Below are positions 46,169-54,189 of a stretch of DNA of 64,000 bases, piece after piece; the first letter of the stretch is position 1, and the number at the start of each line of letters is the position of its first letter. Made by a program: the position numbers and the translations under genes. The DNA comes from a virus (Duplodnaviria > Caudoviricetes). The notes under the pieces are model-generated. The model saw only the letters and a program-made list of their open reading frames with translations, was not told the DNA's origin and ran no database searches. The stretch is from IMG/VR virus record IMGVR_UViG_2799112225_000003, positions 2,968-66,967 of that record, one strand, 5' to 3'.

Positions 46169-46175
46169 GCGCGCG

Positions 46176-46217
46176 AGTTTTTCCGCACGCCACGAGTACG
46201 TCGAACCCTAGAGGGGG
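46176..46217 (-). promoter_or_regulatory. Putative late promoter, copy 5 (terminase operon)
   Basis: CCCCCTCTAGGGTT-N20-GAAAAACT, 7 nt to terS ATG. Confidence 0.65.
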
Positions 46218-46233
46218 CGCCGGCTCTACGTAC

Positions 46234-46983
46234 TTACGGCGGAAGTTCCGCGCAGATCATTCCAATCGCAACCGTGGTTTGGTTTAGTAAATCTTCAGCC
46301 TCATTCATTGAGTAAAAAGCTGTGGGATGCTGCGTTGGATTTCTAAAGTGCACACGCATGCCATCGAGATGAGAAAGCAGCTTTTCAGAAGGCTTCGGTT
46401 TGTTCTTGCTTCGCAACTCAGCGGTCATGGGCCCCCACATGGGCTTTGCAAGACGTTTTGTCTTTTTAAATGCGAAATAAAGGACTTTCACTTGCTCCTC
46501 AAGAGCTCTCATTAGATGGAATGCAGCACCCGTTGGTTGATTGAGCGCAATCAGCATGCATGCCGATCTGAAATCTTTTTCTGACGTCTCCGTCAGAGTT
46601 TTCCAAGAGTCTTTTCCAAGTAAGTCCTCCGGACTTTCAGTGAGAGAGGGCAGAGCATGCCTCTTCTTTGTCATGATATACGCTGCACGTAGTTTTAGCT
46701 CGGCATCCAGGGCCGGATCAAGCTTATCGACTGCCGCCTCGATTCTGGCTCCCATTGATGAAGACAATGTTTTATCTGACGACGATTTAAGCTCTGCGCT
46801 AATTACAGCAAGTTCATTTGCAATTTTTTGGGTTACCTGAAGATCGAATTCTTTCAGCGACGCCAAAAAACTATCGAGCTGCGAGATTACAGCATCTTTA
46901 TCTAGTCCACCTGCTGGTCTGACCCGCAATATGCAGTAGTTATATCCGAACGAATAATAGCGATAGAGAGGTTGTTGTTCCAC
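46234..46983 (-). CDS. HEPN-domain protein (moron, putative RNase/defence)
   Basis: AAFHLMRALE and RNPTQH (Rx4H); GTG start with GAGG RBS; AT-rich. Confidence 0.8.
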   Translation of the reverse strand: MEQQPLYRYYSFGYNYCILRVRPAGGLDKDAVISQLDSFLASLKEFDLQVTQKIANELAVISAELKSSSDKTLSSSMGARIEAAVDKLDPALDAELKLRAAYIMTKKRHALPSLTESPEDLLGKDSWKTLTETSEKDFRSACMLIALNQPTGAAFHLMRALEEQVKVLYFAFKKTKRLAKPMWGPMTAELRSKNKPKPSEKLLSHLDGMRVHFRNPTQHPTAFYSMNEAEDLLNQTTVAIGMICAELPP

Positions 46984-47072
46984 TTAAGTCCTCACCGCGC
47001 AGAGTCGCGCGTATCGAGACTACACGCCGGCCGCCGTTTGTCTATGTTGTTAACCAGTAGCTCAAGCTTGCA

Positions 47073-47107
47073 CAAAGAGAAGCCCGCCAGGGGTGGGCCT
47101 GGCGGGC
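47073..47107 (-). terminator. Intrinsic terminator of putative ncRNA
   Basis: GCCCGCCAGG-CCCACC-CCTGGCGGGC followed by TTCTCTTT on the minus strand. Confidence 0.75.
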
Positions 47108-47280
47108 GAACGTGCGGCCGGAGCCGCGCGAGGAGACAACTTGCCGGCGAAGCGCCGGGGGTTCGGTCCATCCGACTGCGTGGGGATGCATCCCCTGAGA
47201 CGCGCAAGGGGTCTAGCGGAGTGGTTTGCCCCCCACTCCAGCACCAGGGCTGATGCCAAGTTCGGGGTCCGGTGATCGGT
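47073..47280 (-). ncRNA. Putative ~200-nt structured phage late ncRNA
   Basis: Lies between late-promoter copy 6 and a terminator, no convincing ORF, several perfect hairpins. Confidence 0.6.
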
Positions 47281-47286
47281 GGAGTG

Positions 47287-47328
47287 ATGGTCACGCAAGA
47301 CCCCAACGTGGCGAATCCCTACAGGGGG
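47287..47328 (-). promoter_or_regulatory. Putative late promoter, copy 6 (ncRNA)
   Basis: CCCCCTGTAGGGAT-N20-GTGACCAT. Confidence 0.6.
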
Positions 47329-47378
47329 CGTGGCATGCTCATACTCGTCGGACGGGCAACAAAGAGGCTGGAGATGCA

Positions 47379-47933
47379 ATGGCAGGCTATATCGAGTTGG
47401 AGGTGACGAAACGGGATCGCGAGAACTGCGACGCTTTGCACGCGGCCGCAAAGTTCGTTTTGGAGCAGGTTGACGGGGCAGACCTTGTGGCAACCGAATT
47501 CGATGATGCTCTCAGCGCGGACGTCTCCTGGACGTTGCTCATTCCGGACGAGCATCAATTCGACCGCATCCTCGATGCCTATCGGGCAGTCAGCACAACC
47601 GGTGAGCCTCCCCTTGTCAACGCTACTTGCTACCGCAGCGGTCGCCCGAACGAACTAGAGCTCGGCGACGACGAGCACTCCATTGAGTACTTCAATCCGC
47701 GCCCGAACAGCGACGGCTTTATGGTTCACCACACCGACAGCGCAGTGCGACTCACTCACCGGCCGAGTAGGACAGTCGCGATTAGCGAGAGAGCTAGGTC
47801 CCGCCATGCCAACCTCCGAATCGCGCGACAAATGTTGAGCGCCAAACTTGCAGACAACCCAGCTGCCTTGCTGCTCGGCCGCCGATCGATTGAGAGCCTC
47901 AAGCACCGGCCTTTTCCAGCACCTACACGCTGA
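47379..47933 (+). CDS. Protein with C-terminal release-factor (RF-1)-like domain lacking GGQ
   Basis: IEYFNPRPNSDGFMVHHTDSAVRLTHRPS...RSRHANLRIARQMLSAKL; GGAG RBS. Confidence 0.7.
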   Translation: MAGYIELEVTKRDRENCDALHAAAKFVLEQVDGADLVATEFDDALSADVSWTLLIPDEHQFDRILDAYRAVSTTGEPPLVNATCYRSGRPNELELGDDEHSIEYFNPRPNSDGFMVHHTDSAVRLTHRPSRTVAISERARSRHANLRIARQMLSAKLADNPAALLLGRRSIESLKHRPFPAPTR

Positions 47934-48462
47934 CGGTGCGCTCGAAATGTCCGCCGTTTGCAGCCGGCTGCGACCGCTGTTGTGATACGTCGAATAACTG
48001 CCCTTGGTTCGCAGTCGCCGGTGCTTCGAGCGCCGCCACGCGCCGCCGCAGGCGCTTAATCTCCTCGGCCATTTCGGCCGCCAGCAGCGCAGTGTTCCTG
48101 CCCGTCTCTACGGCTGCGGCCTGCGCGGCGGCGCCGGCCATCAGGTTCGCCAGCGCCCGGTCCTCGCGTGGCGTGAGCGTGAGCACCTCGTCGCCGATCT
48201 CGATCTTCACGGTGCCGTCAGGCATCACGGTCTTGGACATGGGCCGCGCGGGCGCGTGTCGCACCGCCGGCACGAACACACCGCGCTGCACGCGCACGAT
48301 GTCGCCCTCGTCCACCAGGACGCCGAGGCGGTCGTCGATGGTCGTGAGCTTCAGGCCGGTGAGCTCGGCCAGCGTCTCTCGGGTGACCACCTGCTCCTGG
48401 GCGTGCAGATCCTGCACCGCCTCAAGCACCACCAGCAGGGTTGATTTCTGGGCTTCAGCCAT
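47923..48462 (-). CDS. Winged-helix DNA-binding protein, candidate late-gene activator
   Basis: VTRETLAELTGLKLTTIDDRLGVLVDEGDIVRVQRGVF; last gene of the PR operon; GAGGAG RBS. Confidence 0.7.
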   Translation of the reverse strand: MAEAQKSTLLVVLEAVQDLHAQEQVVTRETLAELTGLKLTTIDDRLGVLVDEGDIVRVQRGVFVPAVRHAPARPMSKTVMPDGTVKIEIGDEVLTLTPREDRALANLMAGAAAQAAAVETGRNTALLAAEMAEEIKRLRRRVAALEAPATANQGQLFDVSQQRSQPAANGGHFERTVSV

Positions 48463-48476
48463 TCGTTCTCCTCGTC

Positions 48477-49010
48477 TTAAATCCTGGCCAGGGCCCATGC
48501 GGCGGCCCGGCGCTCCTTCGGTGTGGCAGGCAGCACGCCCGCCACGATGTCTTGCCAGATGGAAACCATCCAGCGGTGAGCGGCGCCGAAGCGCTCCACC
48601 TTCTCTTCGGCCGGCGCCGGGCCCTGGTCGAGCCAGCGGTGGCATGCCGCGCACCCGTACACGTGCCATTGGTCGTCAGCCTTGCGCGCGCCGGCCTTGC
48701 CGTGCACCGACTGGTTGCTGTGGCAGGCCACCGTGGTGGCCGGGTCCGGCTGGCACACACCGGGCACCAGCAGCAGGCAGCGCTGGCCGCGCGCCATCGC
48801 CAGCAGCGCGGGGTTGCGCTGCGGCTCGGTCTTCGGCACGGCGCCGCGGAAGTCAGCATCGTTGATGGCGACCATGCGGACGATGCGGCCCGGCACGGGC
48901 ATCACCTTCGCGATCACCGTGCGATCTGGGCCCGAGGCGAGATCCACCCCGATGACCTTCGGCCGACGGCGCTTGAACTCGGTGCGCATCAACGGCGCGC
49001 TGCGCTTCAT
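48477..49010 (-). CDS. DUF1364-like Zn-binding nuclease-fold protein
   Basis: ARGQRCLLLVPGVC...TTVACHSN...GKAGARKADD...GCAACH. Confidence 0.8.
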   Translation of the reverse strand: MKRSAPLMRTEFKRRRPKVIGVDLASGPDRTVIAKVMPVPGRIVRMVAINDADFRGAVPKTEPQRNPALLAMARGQRCLLLVPGVCQPDPATTVACHSNQSVHGKAGARKADDQWHVYGCAACHRWLDQGPAPAEEKVERFGAAHRWMVSIWQDIVAGVLPATPKERRAAAWALARI

Positions 49011-49507
49011 GGCGAGATCGCTCCGATGATCTCGCCAGTGTCCGGGTCCACCTGCATGCGCTCCCACTGCTCGAAGCTGGCCGGGAAGGTCACGCCGAGC
49101 TCGCTGGCGGCGAAAGCGCTCACGCGGTCGATGAGCTGGCTGTAGCCCTTCACGCCCAGGTCTTCGGTGCTGACGCGCTGGCGCCGGCGCAGCTTCTTGC
49201 CCGTGAGCGGGTTGCGGGTGGTGACGGTCTTGTAGCCCAGGAACTCCTCGCGGAAGTGCTCCTTCCAGACCTTCAGTGGGAACTGCTGGTCGTTCGGGCG
49301 CGCCTGCGCCGCGATGGTCTTCAGCACCACGCCGTGGTAGTACTTCCGCTGGCGGTCGGTCTTCGCGTCCTCGTGCAGCCGGATCTGGAGTTCCAGCCGA
49401 TGGCCGGCTGCCCACTGCGCTTTGCACCACGGCGCCACGCGCTCGAGCAGGCTGGTGCGTGCGCGCTCCTGATCTGGCCAGACAACGCTCAGGGCAAGAT
49501 CGGTCAT
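49007..49507 (-). CDS. NinB/Orf-like recombination protein
   Basis: KTDRQRKYYHG...WKEHF...STEDL...LIDRVSAFAASELGVTF. Confidence 0.7.
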   Translation of the reverse strand: MTDLALSVVWPDQERARTSLLERVAPWCKAQWAAGHRLELQIRLHEDAKTDRQRKYYHGVVLKTIAAQARPNDQQFPLKVWKEHFREEFLGYKTVTTRNPLTGKKLRRRQRVSTEDLGVKGYSQLIDRVSAFAASELGVTFPASFEQWERMQVDPDTGEIIGAISP

Positions 49508-49932
49508 CGGGCGGTCCTCCTGTAGGGCCATGCCACCATCGCGGCATCGCGTTCATGTTGATTGCTGCGCCCGGTCCAGCGGGTGACGAGCGCGAAGGCC
49601 TCCGCATCCAGCTTGGCGCCCTTTGCCGTCGGGCTGATGCCGTGGGCCGGGATGCCGAGGTCGGCGCAGATGGCGGTGATGAGGCTGCACCAGGCGTCGA
49701 TCTGCCCGACATTGCGGGCGATCTTCAGCGCGGCGGCGCGGCTGCCCGCGGTCGTCCACACCTTCGATTCGAGGCGGCTGTCCTCGAACACCACGCGCGC
49801 CGGCTTGTAGTGGCGCAGGTTGTGCTCGATGGCGTGCGGCTCGATGGTTTTCAGGAAGCCGAGCGCGCCAGCGGTGAAGGCGGCCAGACCAGTACTGGCG
49901 CCCGGGTCGATTCCGAGGATGTGCACCGTCAC
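49504..49932 (-). CDS. RuvC-like Holliday junction resolvase
   Basis: ILGIDPG, VVFED, NQHERDAA; GTGA overlap with upstream gene. Confidence 0.8.
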   Translation of the reverse strand: MTVHILGIDPGASTGLAAFTAGALGFLKTIEPHAIEHNLRHYKPARVVFEDSRLESKVWTTAGSRAAALKIARNVGQIDAWCSLITAICADLGIPAHGISPTAKGAKLDAEAFALVTRWTGRSNQHERDAAMVAWPYRRTAR

Positions 49933-50192
49933 AGGAGCGCTCCTTGAGGCGATGTCCGCAGTTGGTCCAGCCGAGCCGCGGCGGACTTCACCGCTTCGTG
50001 CCCGCCCTTCCAGTCCTCGCCCCAGATGGTCCGGAGCGCAGCCTTGTATTCGTCGCGCAGCGAACCGTCCTGGCGCGAGCGCCAGAACTCGGGGCCGTTG
50101 GCGATGCCGCGCGCCAGACATTCCCGGCAGTTGGCGGTGTAGCCGGGCCAGTCAGCGCGAATGGCGGCCTTGTCGCAGTTGGGGCACTTCAT
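49929..50192 (-). CDS. Small Cys-containing hypothetical protein
   Basis: MKCPNC...CREC; ATGA coupling. Confidence 0.65.
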   Translation of the reverse strand: MKCPNCDKAAIRADWPGYTANCRECLARGIANGPEFWRSRQDGSLRDEYKAALRTIWGEDWKGGHEAVKSAAARLDQLRTSPQGALL

Positions 50193-50623
50193 GCTGCGAT
50201 GCCCTCCAACAGCGCCTCGAAGGCAGCCCAGTTCAGGTGCGCGTTCTGCAGCTTCAGCTCCAGATCGCACGCGGCATCGATCAGCGACTTGCGCTGTAGC
50301 CCATCGACCAGACGGTCGCAGGCCTCCAGACCGGAGCGCAGCGAAGCGCGGCGCGTCGGGTCGATCACCGGCACGCCCGCCTGCTCGTACAGGGCATTGC
50401 AGGCACCGCGCACGATGCGCACGTCCCGCAGGTCGTGATCGATGTCTTCGGCCATGAGCGCGCCCAGCACCACGAACAGCACCCGGCCGGCGGCTGCTAC
50501 GAACTGGTCGCTGTCGTCGCCCAGAATGGCGTGGATCTGCGCGCGCACGGCGGTTGCGTGCCACTGCATCTCGATGAGGGCCCGAGCGATCAGCCCGAGC
50601 GCGGCGGTGCGGCGGCGGGCCAT
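50189..50623 (-). CDS. Hypothetical phage protein (144 aa)
   Basis: Coupled in operon, GGAGG RBS. Confidence 0.7.
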   Translation of the reverse strand: MARRRTAALGLIARALIEMQWHATAVRAQIHAILGDDSDQFVAAAGRVLFVVLGALMAEDIDHDLRDVRIVRGACNALYEQAGVPVIDPTRRASLRSGLEACDRLVDGLQRKSLIDAACDLELKLQNAHLNWAAFEALLEGIAA

Positions 50624-51150
50624 CAGCGCATTCCTCCCAGCATGTCGGCGCTGAAGTCGCGGCGGCTGCGCCCGCGCCGGATGTTGGAAGCGGTCCCGTT
50701 GCCGAGGTGCCAGTTGCGGTCAAACCAGATCGCGGGCTTCTCGCTCGAGCGAATCTCGCGCACCATTTCCTCAGTGAGCTTCGACTTCGCGCGCTTCGAG
50801 GCCGCAATGCGTCGGCGCGATAGCAGTGACCTCGTGACCCCCTTCATCGCCGCGGCGCGAGTGCGCAATACCAGGCAGTCCGGATGCACGCAGAGCTCGC
50901 AGTCGCATTTCACGCCCACCTGGCGGTTGGCCGGCACGGAGCCGCGGGTGAGAACCCACAGCACGCGGCGCACGTTGTAGACGCGCCCCGCCCTGCCGCC
51001 GAGCTTCACCTGCGGATGCTGGCCGCCCGCGGCATGGCCGGTCCATTCGAGGCAGTTTCCGCACAGCTCGGCATGCTTCAGCAGCCGGTCGAGCGTCAGC
51101 TGCTCGAACACCTCGATCTCTGCGTCCCAGGGATTGATCGACGGGATCAT
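50623..51150 (-). CDS. Degenerate HNH-like protein with C-terminal HTH
   Basis: NCLEWTG...KCDCELCVHPDCL...SKLTEEMVREIR; catalytic His/Asn substituted. Confidence 0.7.
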   Translation of the reverse strand: MIPSINPWDAEIEVFEQLTLDRLLKHAELCGNCLEWTGHAAGGQHPQVKLGGRAGRVYNVRRVLWVLTRGSVPANRQVGVKCDCELCVHPDCLVLRTRAAAMKGVTRSLLSRRRIAASKRAKSKLTEEMVREIRSSEKPAIWFDRNWHLGNGTASNIRRGRSRRDFSADMLGGMR

Positions 51151-51383
51151 GCGTGCTCCGGGTTCTGCTCGAAAGCGAGGTCGTTGGCGGGCTGCAGAGC
51201 CGCGAAGCGCTCGGCACACAGGTCAAGGCGCACGCGCTCCACCGCGCAGTAGGCACGGACACCGCCGGTGGCCGTCGGCGTCAGCTCGCCGCGCTGGCGG
51301 AGGAAGCGCTCGTGCGTGGCGAGGGTTTGCAGGTTGCGCTGCGCGGACACAGCCACCTGAGCGATGGTGATGGCACTGGTCAT
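51147..51383 (-). CDS. Hypothetical protein (78 aa)
   Basis: AAGGAG RBS, ATGA coupling. Confidence 0.6.
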   Translation of the reverse strand: MTSAITIAQVAVSAQRNLQTLATHERFLRQRGELTPTATGGVRAYCAVERVRLDLCAERFAALQPANDLAFEQNPEHA

Positions 51384-52354
51384 GCGGGTACTCCTTGTTG
51401 CTTTTCCACCGCCCGCCGGACGCGGGCCTCGTACTGCGCGAAGCTCTCTCGCTTCGCGCTCAGGTCGTGCTCGTTCCAGCGACCGAGCCCGAGCTCCTCG
51501 CCCTTCGCTTCGATGGTCGAACGGCTCTCGTCCCATGGCTTCTCAGGCATGCCCACACCCGAGGCGATGGCAGCGGCCTCGCCGAGCTGGCGCTTCACGA
51601 TGCCCAGCAGGTAGGCAAACCCCTTTGGCGGCTTGGACTTGGCGCAGATGTCGGCGGCGGCCTCGAAGGTTTCGACGGGCACACCCTTGTCGATGAGCGC
51701 CAGCAGCTCGGGACTCGACGGGTTCACGTCGGCCACCTTCTTCGCCCTGATCGCCTTGCACACCTCACCTGCCTTCGTCGGGCTTTGCGAATCACCCCCC
51801 ACCGATCCGGACGTGGTTCGGGAAGTGGTGGTGGTTTCTTCTTTATTGGTACTGGTTCCGGTTCTGGTTCCGGTGCCGTCTCTCCCGGTGTCATTCCGGG
51901 TGTCGTCCTGCTGGTGTCCGCCGGTTGTCCCGTGGGACAAATCCGGATCACAACCGGTGTCCGATCTGCGTTCCGCTTCCTTCCGCTGGCGGTACTCCGC
52001 CTTCCGGCGGCGCTCCGCTTCACGGGCGGCCAGCATCTCCAGGACGCGCTTCGTCACGGTGTCGTGGTAGAGGCGGCCGTCCTCGGCTACCCACCAACCG
52101 CGCATCAGTTTGGAGCGCACCTTGGCGAAGGTCTTCATAGGCATGCCGATGCGCACAGCGATGAGCTCGTCTTCGTTGGGCAGCGAGCCGCAGGGCTCCT
52201 GACGCCAGGCCGTGACCCAAAGCATCAGCAGCCACGGCTTCACCTCCGAGGGCGCGAGCGCCCAGGTGTCCGACTGCTCGATGCGCTCGTGGTCCAGCTC
52301 GAAGCGCCAGCCCTTCGCGCGGGTATCTGCAGGATAGGGAACAGGTCGCGTCAC
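51380..52354 (-). CDS. Phage replication initiator (DUF1376/YdaU-like N-terminus)
   Basis: LLMLWVTAWRQEPCGSLPNEDELIA...DGRLYH; Thr/Gly-rich linker; GTGA overlap. Confidence 0.75.
   Translation of the reverse strand: MTRPVPYPADTRAKGWRFELDHERIEQSDTWALAPSEVKPWLLMLWVTAWRQEPCGSLPNEDELIAVRIGMPMKTFAKVRSKLMRGWWVAEDGRLYHDTVTKRVLEMLAAREAERRRKAEYRQRKEAERRSDTGCDPDLSHGTTGGHQQDDTRNDTGRDGTGTRTGTSTNKEETTTTSRTTSGSVGGDSQSPTKAGEVCKAIRAKKVADVNPSSPELLALIDKGVPVETFEAAADICAKSKPPKGFAYLLGIVKRQLGEAAAIASGVGMPEKPWDESRSTIEAKGEELGLGRWNEHDLSAKRESFAQYEARVRRAVEKQQGVPA
51885..51961. repeat. Iteron-like repeats/palindrome, candidate origin
   Basis: GGTGTC at 51887, 51899, 51913, 51956 and palindrome TTGTCCC-GT-GGGACAA at 51925-51940, inside the initiator linker. 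Confidence 0.45.
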
Positions 52355-54189
52355 GCAGCCAGCCTTTCCTGCGCGTGGCCGAAGTCGCTGTAGTTCGCGG
52401 CCACCAGCAAGCGCATCGGCAGCGGGCTGACAGAGTTGCCGCACATGCGCACCTGCGCTGTCTTCGTGAGCACCTTCCCGCTGGCAGTGCGGTCGATGGT
52501 GTAGTCGCGCGAAAAGTCTTGAGCGTTGTAGAGCTCCCGCGGCGTGAGCATGCGCAGGCAGATGTCCACAATGACCCACGGCTCGCCCTTGAGCCAGACG
52601 GTGACCAGCGCCAGGCGGTCGTGCGTGGTGATGGTGGTGGCGGGGTCGCGCAGGTCCGCCCACTGGCCGCCAGAGGCGTGATAGCGCATCAGGAACGCCG
52701 CGCAGCGCAGCGCGCCCTCCTCGTGGTGCTGGCTCAGGTGGTACTCCACCAGCGCTTGGTGTTCGCCGCCTGCGGAGATCGTGGTCAGCGGGTCGCGGGC
52801 ATCCCGGCCCTCACTGTTGCGGCGCAGTGTGGTCAGGTGTGCGGTGATGAGCTGCTGCTGACTGCCGCTGGTAGTCACTGCCGAAACCGATTCACGCATG
52901 CCGCGCGCGTGCGTCTTATTGAAGCCGCCGTTGGCCTGAACCATGAAGGCGGTGGCGAGACTTTGGCCGCCACCGCTGGCCGTGATCGTGGCCAGGGAAC
53001 CCTCGATGTCGTTTGCGCCATGACTCCACCGCTTGCCGCCGTCCTTGCCTTCGCCGTGGCCGGCCTGCACCAGATAGGCACTCGCCAGCCCGTGCTTCTG
53101 ACCGCCGGCCACCACCGTCCCGAGCGATTGCTGCAGATCGAGCACCCTGGGCGCTTGGCCCTTCCGCTCTCCGTAGCTCATCTGGATCAGCGTAGGCATC
53201 ACCAGTGCGCGGCATCCGCCCTTTTCGGTCGCGATGGTGCTGAACGGCTTGGTCGTGCCCTCGACCTTTCCCCCGTGGGCCATGTTGACGATGAACGGGT
53301 CCGGGCTTTCCAGCACGAATTTGCGCATGCCGTGTGCGATGCGGCGCATGGTTGCGTCGGCGAGCGGCTTCTTCCTGTTGAAGATGCTTTGGCCTTCGAT
53401 GCTCCAGTCAATGCAATCGGAGGCCGGACGGTGAGCCTTCAGCCTGCCCGTCGGCTTCTTCGCGTGGGTCTTCTCCGGCCAGACGATCGGCAGCCCGTCG
53501 CAGCGCGCAATCATGTAGAGGCGCGTGCGCGTGCTGTGGGCGCCGTAGTCGGCATTGCAGATGACGCGCCACTGCACGACGTAGCCCATCGCGCGGAGGC
53601 CTTCGACGAAGTGCTGCCAGTTGCGGCCGAGCTTTTTCTTGTCCGGCACCAGGAACTGGCGGTGCCGCGGTACGTGCTCGCCCGGATCGGCTACCCGGAA
53701 TGTCTTCCGCTTCGTCACCGGGTCGAGCACTTCGTCGAGCGTCACCACGCGACCCGTTTCCGGATCTCGCTTTGCGATCAGCGGCGACCACTGCAACATC
53801 TGCTCGACGTTCTCGAGCGTGATGACATCCGGCCGAACCTTGCCGGCCCAGCGGTGCACCACCCATGCCAGGGCGCGAATTTTTTTCGAGCGCGGCTGCC
53901 CGCCCTTCGCCTGGCTGTGGTCAGTGCAGTCGGGCGACGCATGCAGCAGGCCAACCTGCTGTCCGCGCACCACGGCGAGCGGGTCCACCTCCCACACGTC
54001 GGCGCGATAGTGGCGCGTTTGCGGGTGGTTGACCTCGTGCATGCCGATGGCATCCGCATCGTGGTTGACGGCGACGTCCACATGCCGACCGATGGCCTGC
54101 TCGATCCCGGTGCTGGCGCCGCCGCCGCCGGCGAAGAGGTCGATCACCAGCTTCGCGGAAAGCGCGAGAACGAACTGAGGGGTCAGCAT
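52351..54189 (-). CDS. dcm: Orphan DNA cytosine-5 methyltransferase (612 aa)
   Basis: DLFAGGGG, SPDC, LENV, RTRLY, RMLTPREL, CGNSV. Confidence 0.92.
   Translation of the reverse strand: MLTPQFVLALSAKLVIDLFAGGGGASTGIEQAIGRHVDVAVNHDADAIGMHEVNHPQTRHYRADVWEVDPLAVVRGQQVGLLHASPDCTDHSQAKGGQPRSKKIRALAWVVHRWAGKVRPDVITLENVEQMLQWSPLIAKRDPETGRVVTLDEVLDPVTKRKTFRVADPGEHVPRHRQFLVPDKKKLGRNWQHFVEGLRAMGYVVQWRVICNADYGAHSTRTRLYMIARCDGLPIVWPEKTHAKKPTGRLKAHRPASDCIDWSIEGQSIFNRKKPLADATMRRIAHGMRKFVLESPDPFIVNMAHGGKVEGTTKPFSTIATEKGGCRALVMPTLIQMSYGERKGQAPRVLDLQQSLGTVVAGGQKHGLASAYLVQAGHGEGKDGGKRWSHGANDIEGSLATITASGGGQSLATAFMVQANGGFNKTHARGMRESVSAVTTSGSQQQLITAHLTTLRRNSEGRDARDPLTTISAGGEHQALVEYHLSQHHEEGALRCAAFLMRYHASGGQWADLRDPATTITTHDRLALVTVWLKGEPWVIVDICLRMLTPRELYNAQDFSRDYTIDRTASGKVLTKTAQVRMCGNSVSPLPMRLLVAANYSDFGHAQERLAA

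Noticed and set aside
47073-47280. tRNA, CRISPR array or type III antitoxin repeats in the ncRNA region
   Set aside because: No cloverleaf or TTC(G)A T-arm with acceptor stem, and no tandem direct repeats
52351-54189. Restriction-modification system
   Set aside because: No adjacent endonuclease; the methylase is an orphan in the replication operon
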